The position numbers and the translations under genes are program-made. Shown here piece after piece: positions 28,277-38,322 of a stretch of DNA of 64,000 bases; position 1 is the first letter of the stretch; the number at the start of each line of letters is the position of its first letter. Where the stretch lies: the sequence record MK799832.1; one strand, given 5' to 3'. The notes beneath the pieces are model-generated. The model made no database searches. It had not been told where the DNA came from and was given only the letters and a program-made list of their open reading frames with translations.

Positions 28277-28936
28277 ATGGAAATTCAACCTATACGGATC
28301 GACCCTATAAGGATACAGATCGATCCATTGTCCAATGCACCACCTGTAGTATCAGGGATTAATGCACCTGTCACAGTTGACATTGGTCTACCAATAGTAA
28401 ACTTACCTGGATGTGTAGAAGCTCGTGACTCAACATCAACCACACTCCCCACTGACGACCCGAAAGGTAATTTTACAGTTTGTGACTCTGGCGTTCCTAG
28501 TTATAATCCTATTCAGTTTGAACCTGAACAATTAATCTATACAGAACCAGCAAAGGTACCTAAGGTTCCAAATTCACCAGAACCACCTATACCAGAGACA
28601 CCAGAGATACCAAAAACTCCTCCACAAACTGCCATTGTAGAGGAGGAAGAAACTGTAGAAACCAAACCAGAGATACCCTGGACAGAAGAATATCTACCAC
28701 CACTGGGTACAGTTACAACCACTGCATCGATTGCACTTGTAGCAACCACATCAGCACTGTTAGCAAAACCAATTGCTGACCTTCTACTCAAGTTAATTAA
28801 ACCAACCATCAAGAAGGTTGTAAAGAAGGTATCTCAAATGGTAGGTAAAAAGGTTAAGGTTGATTCGTTAAGGGAGCGCCGAGGTCAGCAGCGTTCGAGG
28901 AATAAGGCTGTTCGGATTTTGAAGGGGAGGGAATAG
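28277..28936 (+). CDS. Pro-rich membrane protein
   Basis: PEPPIPETPEIP tract, C-terminal TM and basic tail. Confidence 0.6.
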   Translation: MEIQPIRIDPIRIQIDPLSNAPPVVSGINAPVTVDIGLPIVNLPGCVEARDSTSTTLPTDDPKGNFTVCDSGVPSYNPIQFEPEQLIYTEPAKVPKVPNSPEPPIPETPEIPKTPPQTAIVEEEETVETKPEIPWTEEYLPPLGTVTTTASIALVATTSALLAKPIADLLLKLIKPTIKKVVKKVSQMVGKKVKVDSLRERRGQQRSRNKAVRILKGRE

Positions 28937-29726
28937 TATGTCTATGAGGGGGGATGACACCACCAGGATTAGTAACAATCACATCCGCACATATTTTATA
29001 ATATGGAGACTTGGGGTGGAAATAGATGCCTTGCTTCTTGAGCTCTCCACAATTCTTCAGTCTGGCAATCTCGAAGTCTAGACGTTTGTTTGCAGTCAAC
29101 TGTTCTTGTAATGCAATCTGTGTTGCTGCTGCTCTCTTACACTGGTCTTGTAATGATTTATCTAAAGGTCTAGACCAGGTGGCTGAGAACCCCAGAGACA
29201 GGTTTGTATTATTCTTTTGACCCGTTCTAGTAGGAACATGGTATAAGATGTTTCCAGGGTTATCAAGCACACCATCATCATTTAAGTCAGACATATCATA
29301 TACAGGGTCATTATAGTATGGTTCATAAGGATGAGCCTGTGATAATGAACCAGTAATAAATGGTGTTACGTTAAGAGTAGGTCCCTGACATTGAATTCCT
29401 CCTCCATATGTGTTAGTGATGTATGGTCCTTGGAGGACTTGGATAGCCTGATTAGTAACAGAACCTGAAGAGTTAGCAACAGGAGCAGCTGTGGCGCTAA
29501 CACCACCCACTGTTTCAGCCATTGACGAAGACGGGAATAATACACTTAATAAAACTGCTCCTATTGTTGGAATATACTTGTTGTGTCTGTGACGCTTCTC
29601 ACTTCTGTGGTACGCTGGATAATCGTGTGATTGCTGAGCCCTGGTCCCCTGTATGTTTCGGTGAACTGAAAGGGAGCACCTGTTGTTGTTTGAGAAAATA
29701 CTGGTTTTGATGTTGCTCCAGTCCAT
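28854..29726 (-). CDS. Putative exported protein (true start probably near 29590)
   Basis: TAAPVANSSGSVTNQAIQVLQG...RLKNCGEL. Confidence 0.55.
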   Translation of the reverse strand: MDWSNIKTSIFSNNNRCSLSVHRNIQGTRAQQSHDYPAYHRSEKRHRHNKYIPTIGAVLLSVLFPSSSMAETVGGVSATAAPVANSSGSVTNQAIQVLQGPYITNTYGGGIQCQGPTLNVTPFITGSLSQAHPYEPYYNDPVYDMSDLNDDGVLDNPGNILYHVPTRTGQKNNTNLSLGFSATWSRPLDKSLQDQCKRAAATQIALQEQLTANKRLDFEIARLKNCGELKKQGIYFHPKSPYYKICADVIVTNPGGVIPPHRHTIPSPSKSEQPYSSNAADLGAPLTNQP

Positions 29727-30007
29727 GATGAGGTCACCCCATTGATATTAACATTTACAGAACCAGTTCCTGGAGATAAATTTCCATTGACAGTTACTCC
29801 AGACCCAGTTGCAGAGTATTGATACCCTGTGTTGTAGTCCATTGAATTAATGGTTTCAGTCACTGTGCTCGTGGTTTCAGTATGACTTGTCATACTTCCC
29901 TGAGTAAAGTTTGGTACTACGGGTACACTGTGTGCTGGTTGTAGTAACCCGTGAACCACACCAAGAACCAACCCAAGACCGATTGCTTCTTGTAGTCTAG
30001 TCATCAA
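29561..30007 (-). CDS. Putative exported protein
   Basis: Signal-like start, VPVVPNFTQGSMTS. Confidence 0.55.
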   Translation of the reverse strand: MMTRLQEAIGLGLVLGVVHGLLQPAHSVPVVPNFTQGSMTSHTETTSTVTETINSMDYNTGYQYSATGSGVTVNGNLSPGTGSVNVNINGVTSSWTGATSKPVFSQTTTGAPFQFTETYRGPGLSNHTIIQRTTEVRSVTDTTSIFQQ

Positions 30008-30516
30008 TCGATGACCGTGATTTCAGAGACGAATTGACCCGTTGCGCTTGTACCAGCTCCACCAGCAGTCAGAGTGATACCACCATCAGTTGTAATTGTA
30101 CCTGCAAGAGTTCCAGCTGATCCAGATGCATAAGAAGTTTGACTTGAGAAGTTACTTACAGTTCCTACAGTAGGAGCAGAAGTGCTCAGAGCATCACCCT
30201 CAATAAATGAAGTTGAGAAAGAGAATGCTTCACCAGCTGTTGCTTGAGTTGCAGTGATGGTACCAGGTGAATAGACACCACTTGAAATTGAACCAGTGGT
30301 CAATGCTCCTGAATTTGTTCCATCAGAAGTATTGACGTTACTTCCTGACACGGAGTACTGATTACCAAGTCTAGTTGATTGGGTTCTTGCTGAATCAACA
30401 GTCAGTTGAACAGAAGAAGACATACTATGAACAAGTCCGCCAGCATTTGCAGCACCTGCGGTCATCAATAACATACCTAAAGTCAGAAAGACTTTTTTCA
30501 TTGATCTAACGTACAC
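30004..30516 (-). CDS. Putative exported S/T/G-rich protein
   Basis: MKKVFLTLGMLLMTAGAANA signal peptide. Confidence 0.6.
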   Translation of the reverse strand: MYVRSMKKVFLTLGMLLMTAGAANAGGLVHSMSSSVQLTVDSARTQSTRLGNQYSVSGSNVNTSDGTNSGALTTGSISSGVYSPGTITATQATAGEAFSFSTSFIEGDALSTSAPTVGTVSNFSSQTSYASGSAGTLAGTITTDGGITLTAGGAGTSATGQFVSEITVID

Positions 30517-30621
30517 TGTAGATATTTAGAATTATCTGAGTGTGTTACAACACTAACATTTTGATCTAAAGAAATACTAAAATTTGTAAATAGTTGAAAC
30601 TGTATCACAGTGTAACAATCT

Positions 30622-30912
30622 ATGGACGATAAAGAAACTTCTGACCTATCTATTGATAGAAAGGAATGTTCTAAGTGTGGAGCAATTTGGTTAAATGGAC
30701 AACATATATGGTCTGGCACTGGTAAGCTTGGAGATCCTGAAACCCTATCTAACCTCGTCTGTGGTTTGGTGGAATCTCCTCAGTGTATAAACCCCTCTCA
30801 CAAGAAAGGTCATATATATGGAGAGAAGGATACTTGGAAGAAAAGATCTAGGTTTATTGATTCAAAGATAAAAGGAGAATATGATGCCCCACGGACAACT
30901 GACCAGGTATGA
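30622..30912 (+). CDS. Cys-rich hypothetical protein
   Basis: CSKCGA.W.NGQH.W...NLVC...CIN. Confidence 0.6.
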   Translation: MDDKETSDLSIDRKECSKCGAIWLNGQHIWSGTGKLGDPETLSNLVCGLVESPQCINPSHKKGHIYGEKDTWKKRSRFIDSKIKGEYDAPRTTDQV

Positions 30913-31105
30913 GATTTTATCTAAGGTTTATAGATTGAAAAACGAACTCAAAGATAGAGAAGGTCTTGCAGAAAACAAATACCTTGCTGACGAGTATCTC
31001 AACAAGGTTCTTGATTACATAAACGAATTTACTTATTGAATCCTTATCATCCTGGACAAGCCTATTCTATTCAAGAATGGACAGTCTGTCAAGTGGCTTA
31101 AAGAT

Positions 31106-31139
31106 TTGACAGGACCACCAAAGTAGGTTATTATAAATA
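31106..31139 (+). promoter_or_regulatory. Overlapping sigma70-like and late promoters of psbA
   Basis: TTGACA 31106, 17-nt spacer, TATTAT 31129; TATAAATA 31132-31139. Confidence 0.7.
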
Positions 31140-31183
31140 CATGGACAGGTCAGGGTTTCCTGACTTACCTAAACTCCCCTTAA

Positions 31184-31285
31184 ACCAAGACCTCTAGGGA
31201 GTATAAACACGTCTTTCATATCCTCGTTAAGGGTACGAGGAAATAGTAACTCCACCATTTCCCTGATGGTCTTACTTTTTTGTTC
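31184..31285 (+). ncRNA. PhotoRC-II-like psbA leader RNA
   Basis: AAGACC/GGTCTT outer pairing, CCTCGT/ACGAGG hairpin, directly 5' of phage psbA. Confidence 0.65.
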
Positions 31286-31291
31286 AAAACA

Positions 31292-32371
31292 ATGTCCGCA
31301 ACTCTTTCGCGCCAACAAGGCGCCTCTACCTGGGAATCCTTCTGTTCCTGGGTCACGTCCACAAATAACCGTCTGTATGTCGGTTGGTTCGGTGTGCTGA
31401 TGATCCCAACTCTGTTGGCAGCAACCGTTTGTTTCATTACTGCGTTCATCGCTGCTCCCCCAGTGGACATCGATGGCATTCGTGAACCAGTCGCTGGTTC
31501 TCTGATGTACGGTAACAACATCATCTCTGGTGCAGTTGTTCCTTCTTCCAACGCAATTGGTCTTCACTTCTACCCCATTTGGGAAGCCGCATCTCTGGAT
31601 GAATGGCTCTACAATGGTGGTCCTTATCAACTGGTAGTCTTCCACTTCCTCATCGGCGTCTTCTGCTACATGGGTCGTGAGTGGGAACTTTCATACAGAC
31701 TGGGTATGCGTCCTTGGATCTGTGTTGCTTACTCTGCACCTGTTGCAGCTGCATCCGCAGTCTTCCTCGTCTATCCTTTCGGTCAAGGTTCTTTCTCTGA
31801 TGGTATGCCCCTGGGTATCTCTGGTACCTTCAACTACATGCTTGTCTTCCAGGCAGAACACAACATCCTGATGCACCCCTTCCACATGCTGGGTGTCGCT
31901 GGTGTCTTCGGTGGTTCACTGTTCTCCGCAATGCATGGTTCACTGGTTACCTCCTCACTGGTTCGTGAAACCACTGAGAACGAGTCACAGAACTACGGTT
32001 ACAAGTTTGGTCAAGAAGAGGAAACATATAATATCGTGGCTGCCCACGGTTACTTTGGAAGACTTATCTTTCAGTATGCCTCTTTTAACAACTCACGTTC
32101 GCTCCACTTCTTCCTGGCAGCATGGCCTGTCATCGGCATCTGGTTTACCGCCCTCGGCGTGTCAACTATGGCATTCAACTTGAACGGCTTTAATTTCAAT
32201 CAGTCAATCCAATCTTCTGAGGGTAAAGTCCTCAACACTTGGGCTGACGTATTGAACCGCGCTGGTCTGGGGATGGAGGTGATGCACGAAAGGAACGCAC
32301 ACAATTTCCCGCTTGACCTTGCAGCTGCCGAGTCTACTCCTGTAGCTCTCACTGCTCCTTCAATTGGTTGA
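31292..32371 (+). CDS. psbA: Photosystem II D1 protein, uninterrupted
   Basis: [15 protein letters not shown]...[14 protein letters not shown]. Confidence 0.99.
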   Translation: MSATLSRQQGASTWESFCSWVTSTNNRLYVGWFGVLMIPTLLAATVCFITAFIAAPPVDIDGIREPVAGSLMYGNNIISGAVVPSSNAIGLHFYPIWEAASLDEWLYNGGPYQLVVFHFLIGVFCYMGREWELSYRLGMRPWICVAYSAPVAAASAVFLVYPFGQGSFSDGMPLGISGTFNYMLVFQAEHNILMHPFHMLGVAGVFGGSLFSAMHGSLVTSSLVRETTENESQNYGYKFGQEEETYNIVAAHGYFGRLIFQYASFNNSRSLHFFLAAWPVIGIWFTALGVSTMAFNLNGFNFNQSIQSSEGKVLNTWADVLNRAGLGMEVMHERNAHNFPLDLAAAESTPVALTAPSIG

Positions 32372-32401
32372 AGTTGACAAAAACTGAATAATATGTTAAA
32401 T

Positions 32402-32428
32402 AAGAGGAGTTAACACTCCTCTTTTTTT
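32402..32428 (+). terminator. Terminator hairpin that also pairs the GAGGAG RBS of the next ORF
   Basis: AAGAGGAGT-TAAC-ACTCCTCTT plus T run immediately before ATG 32429. Confidence 0.7.
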
Positions 32429-32872
32429 ATGCGCGTCTGTAATAAATGTGGAGAAACAAAAGAGTTCAAGTCATTCTCTCCTAAGGGAAAGAGAGTTGAT
32501 GGAAGTAGAAAATATTCTTCTCACTGTAAACCCTGTCAGGCTAAGGTAAAGAAAGAGAGATACTCTCCAGAGAGAAAGAGAGAGAAGGATTTGAAGAGTA
32601 AGTATGGTATTACTCTCAATGAATATGATGATATGCTCACAAGACAAAATTATAAGTGTGCAATATGTGGAACAGACGACACCACATTTTCAAATGGTAA
32701 GAGATTTCATGTTGACCATTGTCACACCACAGGCAAGGTAAGAGGTCTACTTTGTGGTAAATGTAACGTTGCCCTTGGTCACATTGGTGATAATATAGAT
32801 ACTCTTTCAAGGATGATTAACTATCTCAATGATAACCACACAGACCCCCTACAAACTAGCGGAAATTATTAG
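32429..32872 (+). mobile_element. Endonuclease VII-family free-standing homing endonuclease (F-CphI-like)
   Basis: CAIC...HVDHCHTTGKVRGLLCGKCNVALG; located between psbA and psbD as in S-PM2. Confidence 0.85.
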
Positions 32873-32990
32873 AGACACCTGGCCTCAGTTGTATCGTCCT
32901 CAAAAGAAAAAGAGTAAGTAGTTCTACTCTTGACCCCTTTTGTAAAGAAGTGTAAACTAAATATGATAAGTATTCTAAGAGGTTAAACTT

Positions 32991-34052
32991 TTGGCTTCAT
33001 CTACACTTTCTATTCCTAAACAAGGGGGAGGCTGGTTCGATGTTCTCGATGATTGGCTTAAGCGTGATCGGTTTGTTTTTGTCGGTTGGTCTGGCATTCT
33101 CCTTTTCCCTACAGCTTATCTCGCTATTGGCGGTTGGCTTACAGGAACCACCTTTGCTACCAGTTGGTACACCCATGGCCTGGCGAGTTCATATCTTGAG
33201 GGGGCTAACTTTCTCACTGCTGCTGTTTCTACTCCTGCTGATGCTCTCGGACATAGCCTCTTACTCTTATGGGGTCCTGAAGCTCAGGGAGATTTCGTCC
33301 GTTGGGTCCAACTTGGGGGACTCTGGAATTTCGTGGCACTCCACGGAGCATTTGCTCTCATAGGTTTCATGCTCCGTCAGTTTGAAATTGCACGTCTCGT
33401 CGGTATCCGTCCCTACAATGCGATTGCTTTTTCAGGTCCTATTGCCGTATTCACTTCTGTATTTCTCATCTATCCACTTGGACAATCCAGTTGGTTCTTT
33501 GCGCCGAGCTTTGGTGTCGCGGCAATCTTCCGATTCCTACTTTTTCTACAAGGATTTCATAACTGGACACTCAACCCCTTCCACATGATGGGAGTCGCAG
33601 GTATCCTTGGTGGTGCTTTACTCTCAGCCATTCACGGTGTGACTGTCGAAAACACACTCTACGAAGATGGCGAACAGGCAAATACTTTCAAAGCTTTTGA
33701 TAGTACACAAGAGGAGGAGACTTACTCGATGGTTACTGCGAACCGTTTCTGGTCACAGATTTTCGGTATTGCTTTTAGTAACAAGCGTTGGTTGCATTTC
33801 TTTATGCTCTTTGTTCCCGTCATGGGTCTCTGGACTGCTTCTATCGGTATTATTGGACTCGCTTTTAATCTTCGTGCTTACGACTTTGTATCTCAGGAGA
33901 TTCGTGCGGCGGAGGATCCAGAGTTTGAGACTTTTTATACTAAGAACATTCTCTTGAACGAAGGTATTCGTGCATGGATGGCAGGAGTCGATCAGCCACA
34001 TGAAAACTTTGTTTTTCCTGAGGAAGTACTCCCACGTGGCAATGCTCTTTGA
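32991..34052 (+). CDS. psbD: Photosystem II D2 protein (TTG start)
   Basis: [16 protein letters not shown]...[12 protein letters not shown]; AGAGG RBS before TTG. Confidence 0.99.
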   Translation: MASSTLSIPKQGGGWFDVLDDWLKRDRFVFVGWSGILLFPTAYLAIGGWLTGTTFATSWYTHGLASSYLEGANFLTAAVSTPADALGHSLLLLWGPEAQGDFVRWVQLGGLWNFVALHGAFALIGFMLRQFEIARLVGIRPYNAIAFSGPIAVFTSVFLIYPLGQSSWFFAPSFGVAAIFRFLLFLQGFHNWTLNPFHMMGVAGILGGALLSAIHGVTVENTLYEDGEQANTFKAFDSTQEEETYSMVTANRFWSQIFGIAFSNKRWLHFFMLFVPVMGLWTASIGIIGLAFNLRAYDFVSQEIRAAEDPEFETFYTKNILLNEGIRAWMAGVDQPHENFVFPEEVLPRGNAL

Positions 34053-34077
34053 CAAGAACTTGACAACGTGATACTAT

Positions 34078-34101
34078 AGAGGGGTCAACCCCTCTTTTTT
34101 T
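34078..34101 (+). terminator. Intrinsic terminator
   Basis: AGAGGGGTCAACCCCTCT hairpin plus T run. Confidence 0.75.
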
Positions 34102-34367
34102 GTCTAGATATATACATGGATAATACTTGGCGAGAAGAGTACAAGAAGATGAAGAAGTTATCTGAACGTCAGATATATCTTCTCGATCATGGTCCAGATT
34201 CGTTGTCATCATCATGGCTCGTTATGGCTATGAAGTATGACTACGATAAGATCACGGGTAAACGTAAGAAGAGAGATGACTGAACACAGTACACGCCCCC
34301 TGTTAAATATGGCAGGGGGTTTCCTAATAGCAATTCTAACTATCTCAATCCCACTATTAATTTTACT

Positions 34368-34633
34368 ATGAAAGTCTTCACTGTTTACTCAAAGAACGGT
34401 TGTCCTTATTGCACCAAGGTAGTTTCTGCATTACAACTTGCTGAACTTCAGTATGTTGAACTCAAATTGGGTAGAGACTTTGATAAAAATCAATTTTATG
34501 CTGACTTTGGACAAGGCAATTTTATGCTGACTTTGGACAAGGTTCTACCTTCCCTCAGGTATCAGTTGATGGTAAAACTATTGGTGGATGCATGGAAACT
34601 GTTAAATATTTGAAGGAGAATAAGTTGGTGTAA
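34368..34633 (+). pseudogene. Glutaredoxin frameshifted by a 26-bp tandem duplication
   Basis: CPYC active site; removing one copy gives ...GQGSTFPQVSVDGKTIGGCMETVKYLKENKLV-stop. Confidence 0.85.
34491..34542. repeat. Exact 2 x 26-bp tandem repeat
   Basis: CAATTTTATGCTGACTTTGGACAAGG at 34491 and 34517. Confidence 0.95.
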
Positions 34634-34983
34634 TGGTAGAGGAACTATACGAAGTAGTAGAGAAGACAATTGATTACGTCTTCGAAGGTAAATATATGCT
34701 TGACATGTATGCATATCTCAAAGACAGTAAGGTCTCTAGAACTGTCGTAGAGGAGTTCCTGATGAGTTGTACTGCCACTGAGGTAAAGAACCTTGTGTTG
34801 GACCTTGAAGGGTATCTGGAGGGTGGTAGTGACGAGGTTCACAAACAATTACGTGAGGGTTACGGTCACCTAGGTAAACCAGAGGCAAGAAAGATTAAGA
34901 ATTATCTCGCCAATATTCTTCATGACGCAGAGAGGTATAAAAATGATAAACGACCTGGAAGAAAACGAAGAGTCTCTAAATAA
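34633..34983 (+). CDS. Conserved hypothetical protein
   Basis: QLREGYGHLGKPEARKIKNYL. Confidence 0.7.
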   Translation: MVEELYEVVEKTIDYVFEGKYMLDMYAYLKDSKVSRTVVEEFLMSCTATEVKNLVLDLEGYLEGGSDEVHKQLREGYGHLGKPEARKIKNYLANILHDAERYKNDKRPGRKRRVSK

Positions 34984-35159
34984 TGACAACGAGTCTCCTA
35001 AGATGAATAGGGGATTTGAATTATTACTCAGAAATAAAAAGAGGAGGGAACCACCTAAAACTTTTCAAGTAAAGTTTGGAAAGATGGTCTCCTTCCTTCG
35101 AAGAGAGTTCCATTTTTTCTTAGACATTCAGTTTGACATAAGAAAAAAGGAGAGCTAAG

Positions 35160-35381
35160 ATGTTAGCAGTCACACTTACATTGTCCACGGTCATTTCAAT
35201 CATGTTCCTTTTGGTGGGAGGAGTGATTGGATATCTTTTAAAGGAATATGTAATCGAAAGGAATTCAACATTTATTCCAACACATCCAGAGATGTTTGAC
35301 GAAAATGGACAAATTATTCCAGATGATGTTTTAGCTGTTAGGTTTGAAAATAGCCTAGAGGACTTTGAGTCTGAAGATTGA
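35160..35381 (+). CDS. Membrane-anchored hypothetical protein
   Basis: TM then HPEMFDENGQIIPD. Confidence 0.65.
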   Translation: MLAVTLTLSTVISIMFLLVGGVIGYLLKEYVIERNSTFIPTHPEMFDENGQIIPDDVLAVRFENSLEDFESED

Positions 35382-35420
35382 CACCACCAAATAAATATTC
35401 TAAACTAAATTGAACATACA

Positions 35421-35894
35421 ATGGCAACTAAATCTTTCACTGTGAAAACTAAATTACCTCCCAACCCATTTGTTCATGAGATTCTTGAGTTGGTATCTAA
35501 ACAAAGAACGAAAGCAAAAAAGATTGAAATCCTACAAGAACATCGATGTGATGCACTCACATCTATTCTGATTTGGAACTTTGATGACAGTGTTCTGTCA
35601 ATGCTCCCTGAGGGTGAAGTACCTTTTAATAAGAATGAGGCACCTCTTGGCACCGATCACACCTCACTTCGTAAGGAGTGTAGGAATCTGTATCACTTTG
35701 TAAAAGGTGGTAATGACGGTCTCTCTAAGACACGTAGAGAGTCTATGTTTATTCAAATGCTCGAAGGTCTTCATCCTGAGGAAGCATCAATCCTGTGTCT
35801 TGTAAAAGACAAACGTCTTGGTGCTCAGTACAAGATCACTGATGATGTGGTTCGTAAAGCCTATCCCGATATTGAGTGGGGTGGTCGATCTTGA
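35421..35894 (+). CDS. Conserved T4-like phage hypothetical protein
   Basis: LPEGEVPF...RESMFIQMLEGLHPEEA..L..VKDK. Confidence 0.75.
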   Translation: MATKSFTVKTKLPPNPFVHEILELVSKQRTKAKKIEILQEHRCDALTSILIWNFDDSVLSMLPEGEVPFNKNEAPLGTDHTSLRKECRNLYHFVKGGNDGLSKTRRESMFIQMLEGLHPEEASILCLVKDKRLGAQYKITDDVVRKAYPDIEWGGRS

Positions 35895-36157
35895 GTGATA
35901 GTATAAGAATTCTCCATCAGGATTGTGATCCATCACTTGCACAAGATAAGAGTCTCCCATACACAGCTTATCTTGTTGAGTATCTTCAAGATGGTATGAC
36001 AAAGTTTGATATTGTAACTTCAAAGAAGAAGGTAGATATCTTTGATCACTATTGGGATAACTACCGTAGTGATTTCAAGAACATGACACAAACTGAAGGT
36101 CGAATCAATCCCAAACTCTGGGGTGGTGATAAGAAGTCCGACAAGAAAAGAAAATGA
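35891..36157 (+). CDS. Hypothetical protein
   Basis: Coupled to both neighbours. Confidence 0.6.
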   Translation: MSDSIRILHQDCDPSLAQDKSLPYTAYLVEYLQDGMTKFDIVTSKKKVDIFDHYWDNYRSDFKNMTQTEGRINPKLWGGDKKSDKKRK

Positions 36158-36348
36158 GTAACGGATTTGACATTAAGTTCGAAGGTTTGGATATGAACCA
36201 AGATCAGGTTCAAGCCCTCGTCAAAAAATATAAAAAGATCAAGAAGTATCAGAAGTCCACGATCTTCGAAGTCAAGACCATGGATGGGACAGAAAACTAT
36301 GTGTCCCAACTGATCAAAGAGGGCGAAGAGTACGGGCCCCTTGACTAA
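36154..36348 (+). CDS. Hypothetical protein
   Basis: ATGA overlap. Confidence 0.55.
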   Translation: MSNGFDIKFEGLDMNQDQVQALVKKYKKIKKYQKSTIFEVKTMDGTENYVSQLIKEGEEYGPLD

Positions 36349-36376
36349 ATAACTACAGTGGTCTATAATAACCTGT

Positions 36377-36669
36377 CGTTCATCCAAGAGACAGTCGCTA
36401 TGTACATAGCATAGAAAGACACCTCTGGACGCAAGTAAGTCGCGGAACGGATCGTTCATCCCATGAAATACTTCATACTCCTTCTACTTCTATTCACTCC
36501 TGCAACTGCTTCAGAACATCCAATGTCCTGTGAGTCGGTGAAGGAAGTTATAGATGTGGTTATGGAAGATCCATATCTTTCTGATAAGTCTAAGACTCAA
36601 ATTCTTAAAAAACTTGTCGGCAGTCATGGAATGAGGTGTATCAGGGACGCACACGACTGAAGGAACGGG
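36377..36669 (+). promoter_or_regulatory. Tandem glutamine riboswitch-like aptamers (glnA / Downstream-peptide class)
   Basis: Two CGTTCATCC...GGACGC...GGAACG units (36377-36449, 36453-36667) upstream of a DUF4278-like gene; TATAAT at 36364. Confidence 0.7.
36463..36660 (+). CDS. 65-aa signal-peptide-bearing ORF inside the second aptamer
   Basis: MKYFILLLLLFTPATAS..., two Cys; stop lies within GACTGAAGGAACG. Confidence 0.55.
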   Translation: MKYFILLLLLFTPATASEHPMSCESVKEVIDVVMEDPYLSDKSKTQILKKLVGSHGMRCIRDAHD

Positions 36670-36702
36670 GTAAAAAATCCCTAGTATTTCAGGAGTAAAC
36701 TC

Positions 36703-36870
36703 ATGAACACACTGAACATGATCAAGAAGCAGATCAACAAAGCATCTGCACTTCACGACGCACAGATTTCTCACACTGCATATCGTGGTGTTGAGTATGA
36801 TGTACACTGTGAAGAGAAAAATGAAACCCACGGAACATTTTGCTACCGTGGACGCACTTACGTCAAGTGA
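36703..36870 (+). CDS. DUF4278-like small protein
   Basis: AGGAG RBS; TAYRGVEY...FCYRGRTYVK, translated by hand. Confidence 0.7.
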   Translation: MNTLNMIKKQINKASALHDAQISHTAYRGVEYDVHCEEKNETHGTFCYRGRTYVK

Positions 36871-36923
36871 CTTGTCACTTGTTCAATAATCTGTTAGACT
36901 GGGGACATAGGTCCCCTTTTTTT

Positions 36924-37082
36924 ATGGAAAAAGACAATCTTAAATTAATCATCAGAAATCTCAGACTTCTACTTGACGCATTGGAATCGGAGGTGTATTC
37001 TGATCCTGGTGCATACGTAAAGACGGAGGAAAGACTTCCTCCACTCCCTGACTACGATGAGGTATTCGAAGATGACGAATGA
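36924..37082 (+). CDS. Hypothetical protein
   Basis: MEKDNLKLIIRNLRLLLDALESEVYSD. Confidence 0.55.
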   Translation: MEKDNLKLIIRNLRLLLDALESEVYSDPGAYVKTEERLPPLPDYDEVFEDDE

Positions 37083-37400
37083 GGATTGGAGGTACACGGA
37101 GGAGAGAATGAAACTCCGTGAACAATGTCTTAAAGTTTTGTTAAATAGATATGGTAGTGGTCGTATAGACAAAACATCATATTCAACAAAAGATATCTAT
37201 GAGTGTGTTGACACTTGGATCTCTCAGGGGAACAAGTTAAGTAATGGAATCGTTGCATATTTCAACGCATACTTCAATCATGAAAACAAAGAAAGCAATC
37301 AAGTACATCCTTAAACACCCAGAACTTTTCACAGAAGGTGAGAGACTTTATGTACAAAGGGTAAAGAAGGAACGTAAACAACAAAAGTCACAAAAGAAAC

Positions 37401-38036
37401 ATGAATCAAGCGAAACTAATCTCAGTCACTCCTGATGCTGAGCAACACATTGCATACTGTGCACGTGTGTCTAACCCAAACAATCAGGACAATGAGAACT
37501 TTGCTGGTCTCCTAAGATATTGTATCAAACATCAACACTGGAGTATTTTTGAACAAGCATTCATGACTCTTGAGATTGAGACTACCCGTGGTCTTGCTGC
37601 TCAAGTCTTGCGGCATCGTTCGTTTACATTCCAAGAGTTCTCTCAACGATATGCAAGTACTAATCTCTTGTCTACTGAGATTGAACTCCCCGAACTGAGG
37701 CGTCAAGACGTTAAGAATCGTCAGAATAGTATTGACGATCTTGATCCTGAAGTTGTTGACCGTTTGGAACGTCAGATGGTCACTCTGTTTAGTTCCTCAT
37801 ATAATCTTTACAATCAGATGTTGGAAGCAGGAGTCGCCAAAGAATGTGCTCGCTTTGTATTGCCGTTGGCAACACCAACCAAAATGTATATGACTGGTTC
37901 AATTCGCAGTTGGATTCATTACATCGATCTTCGGTCTGCCAATGGTACACAGAAGGAACACATGGACATTGCAAACTCTTGTAAGGAGATCTTCAAGGAG
38001 CAATTCCCTGTCATTTCAGAGGCTCTGGAGTGGTAA
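37401..38036 (+). CDS. thyX: Flavin-dependent thymidylate synthase
   Basis: HWSIFE, QVLRHRSFTFQEFSQRY, ARFVLP, TQKEH. Confidence 0.95.
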   Translation: MNQAKLISVTPDAEQHIAYCARVSNPNNQDNENFAGLLRYCIKHQHWSIFEQAFMTLEIETTRGLAAQVLRHRSFTFQEFSQRYASTNLLSTEIELPELRRQDVKNRQNSIDDLDPEVVDRLERQMVTLFSSSYNLYNQMLEAGVAKECARFVLPLATPTKMYMTGSIRSWIHYIDLRSANGTQKEHMDIANSCKEIFKEQFPVISEALEW

Positions 38037-38066
38037 TAAATATACACATTACAATGGAGAAATAAG

Positions 38067-38318
38067 TTGGCAACGTATCCAGTAAGAAATAAGAAGACTG
38101 GTGAAGAGAAAGAGATCCAGATGAGTATTCATGCATGGGATCAATGGCGTGAGGACAATCCCGACTGGGAACGTTTTTATACCCCCGACAACGCTCCTTG
38201 TTTGGGTGTTGAAATGGGTGATCCATTTAATAAGATCTACACCAAACATCCAGGTTGGAAAGATGTAATTGGCGCAGCCAAGAAACAACCAGGTTCAACA
38301 CTCAAACACTACGATTAA
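38067..38318 (+). CDS. Conserved hypothetical protein
   Basis: ATYPVRNKKTGEEKE...WDQWREDNPDWER. Confidence 0.65.
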   Translation: MATYPVRNKKTGEEKEIQMSIHAWDQWREDNPDWERFYTPDNAPCLGVEMGDPFNKIYTKHPGWKDVIGAAKKQPGSTLKHYD

Positions 38319-38322
38319 TTTT

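Noticed and set aside
31169-31645. Antisense ORF over psbA, and similar shadow ORFs opposite gp32, the helicase and sprA
   Set aside because: Explained by codon bias of the real gene on the other strand; no RBS or motifs
31292-32371. Group I intron in psbA
   Set aside because: The ORF is continuous and of canonical length
32991-32993. TTG start of psbD as evidence of truncation
   Set aside because: It has a good RBS and yields full-length D2
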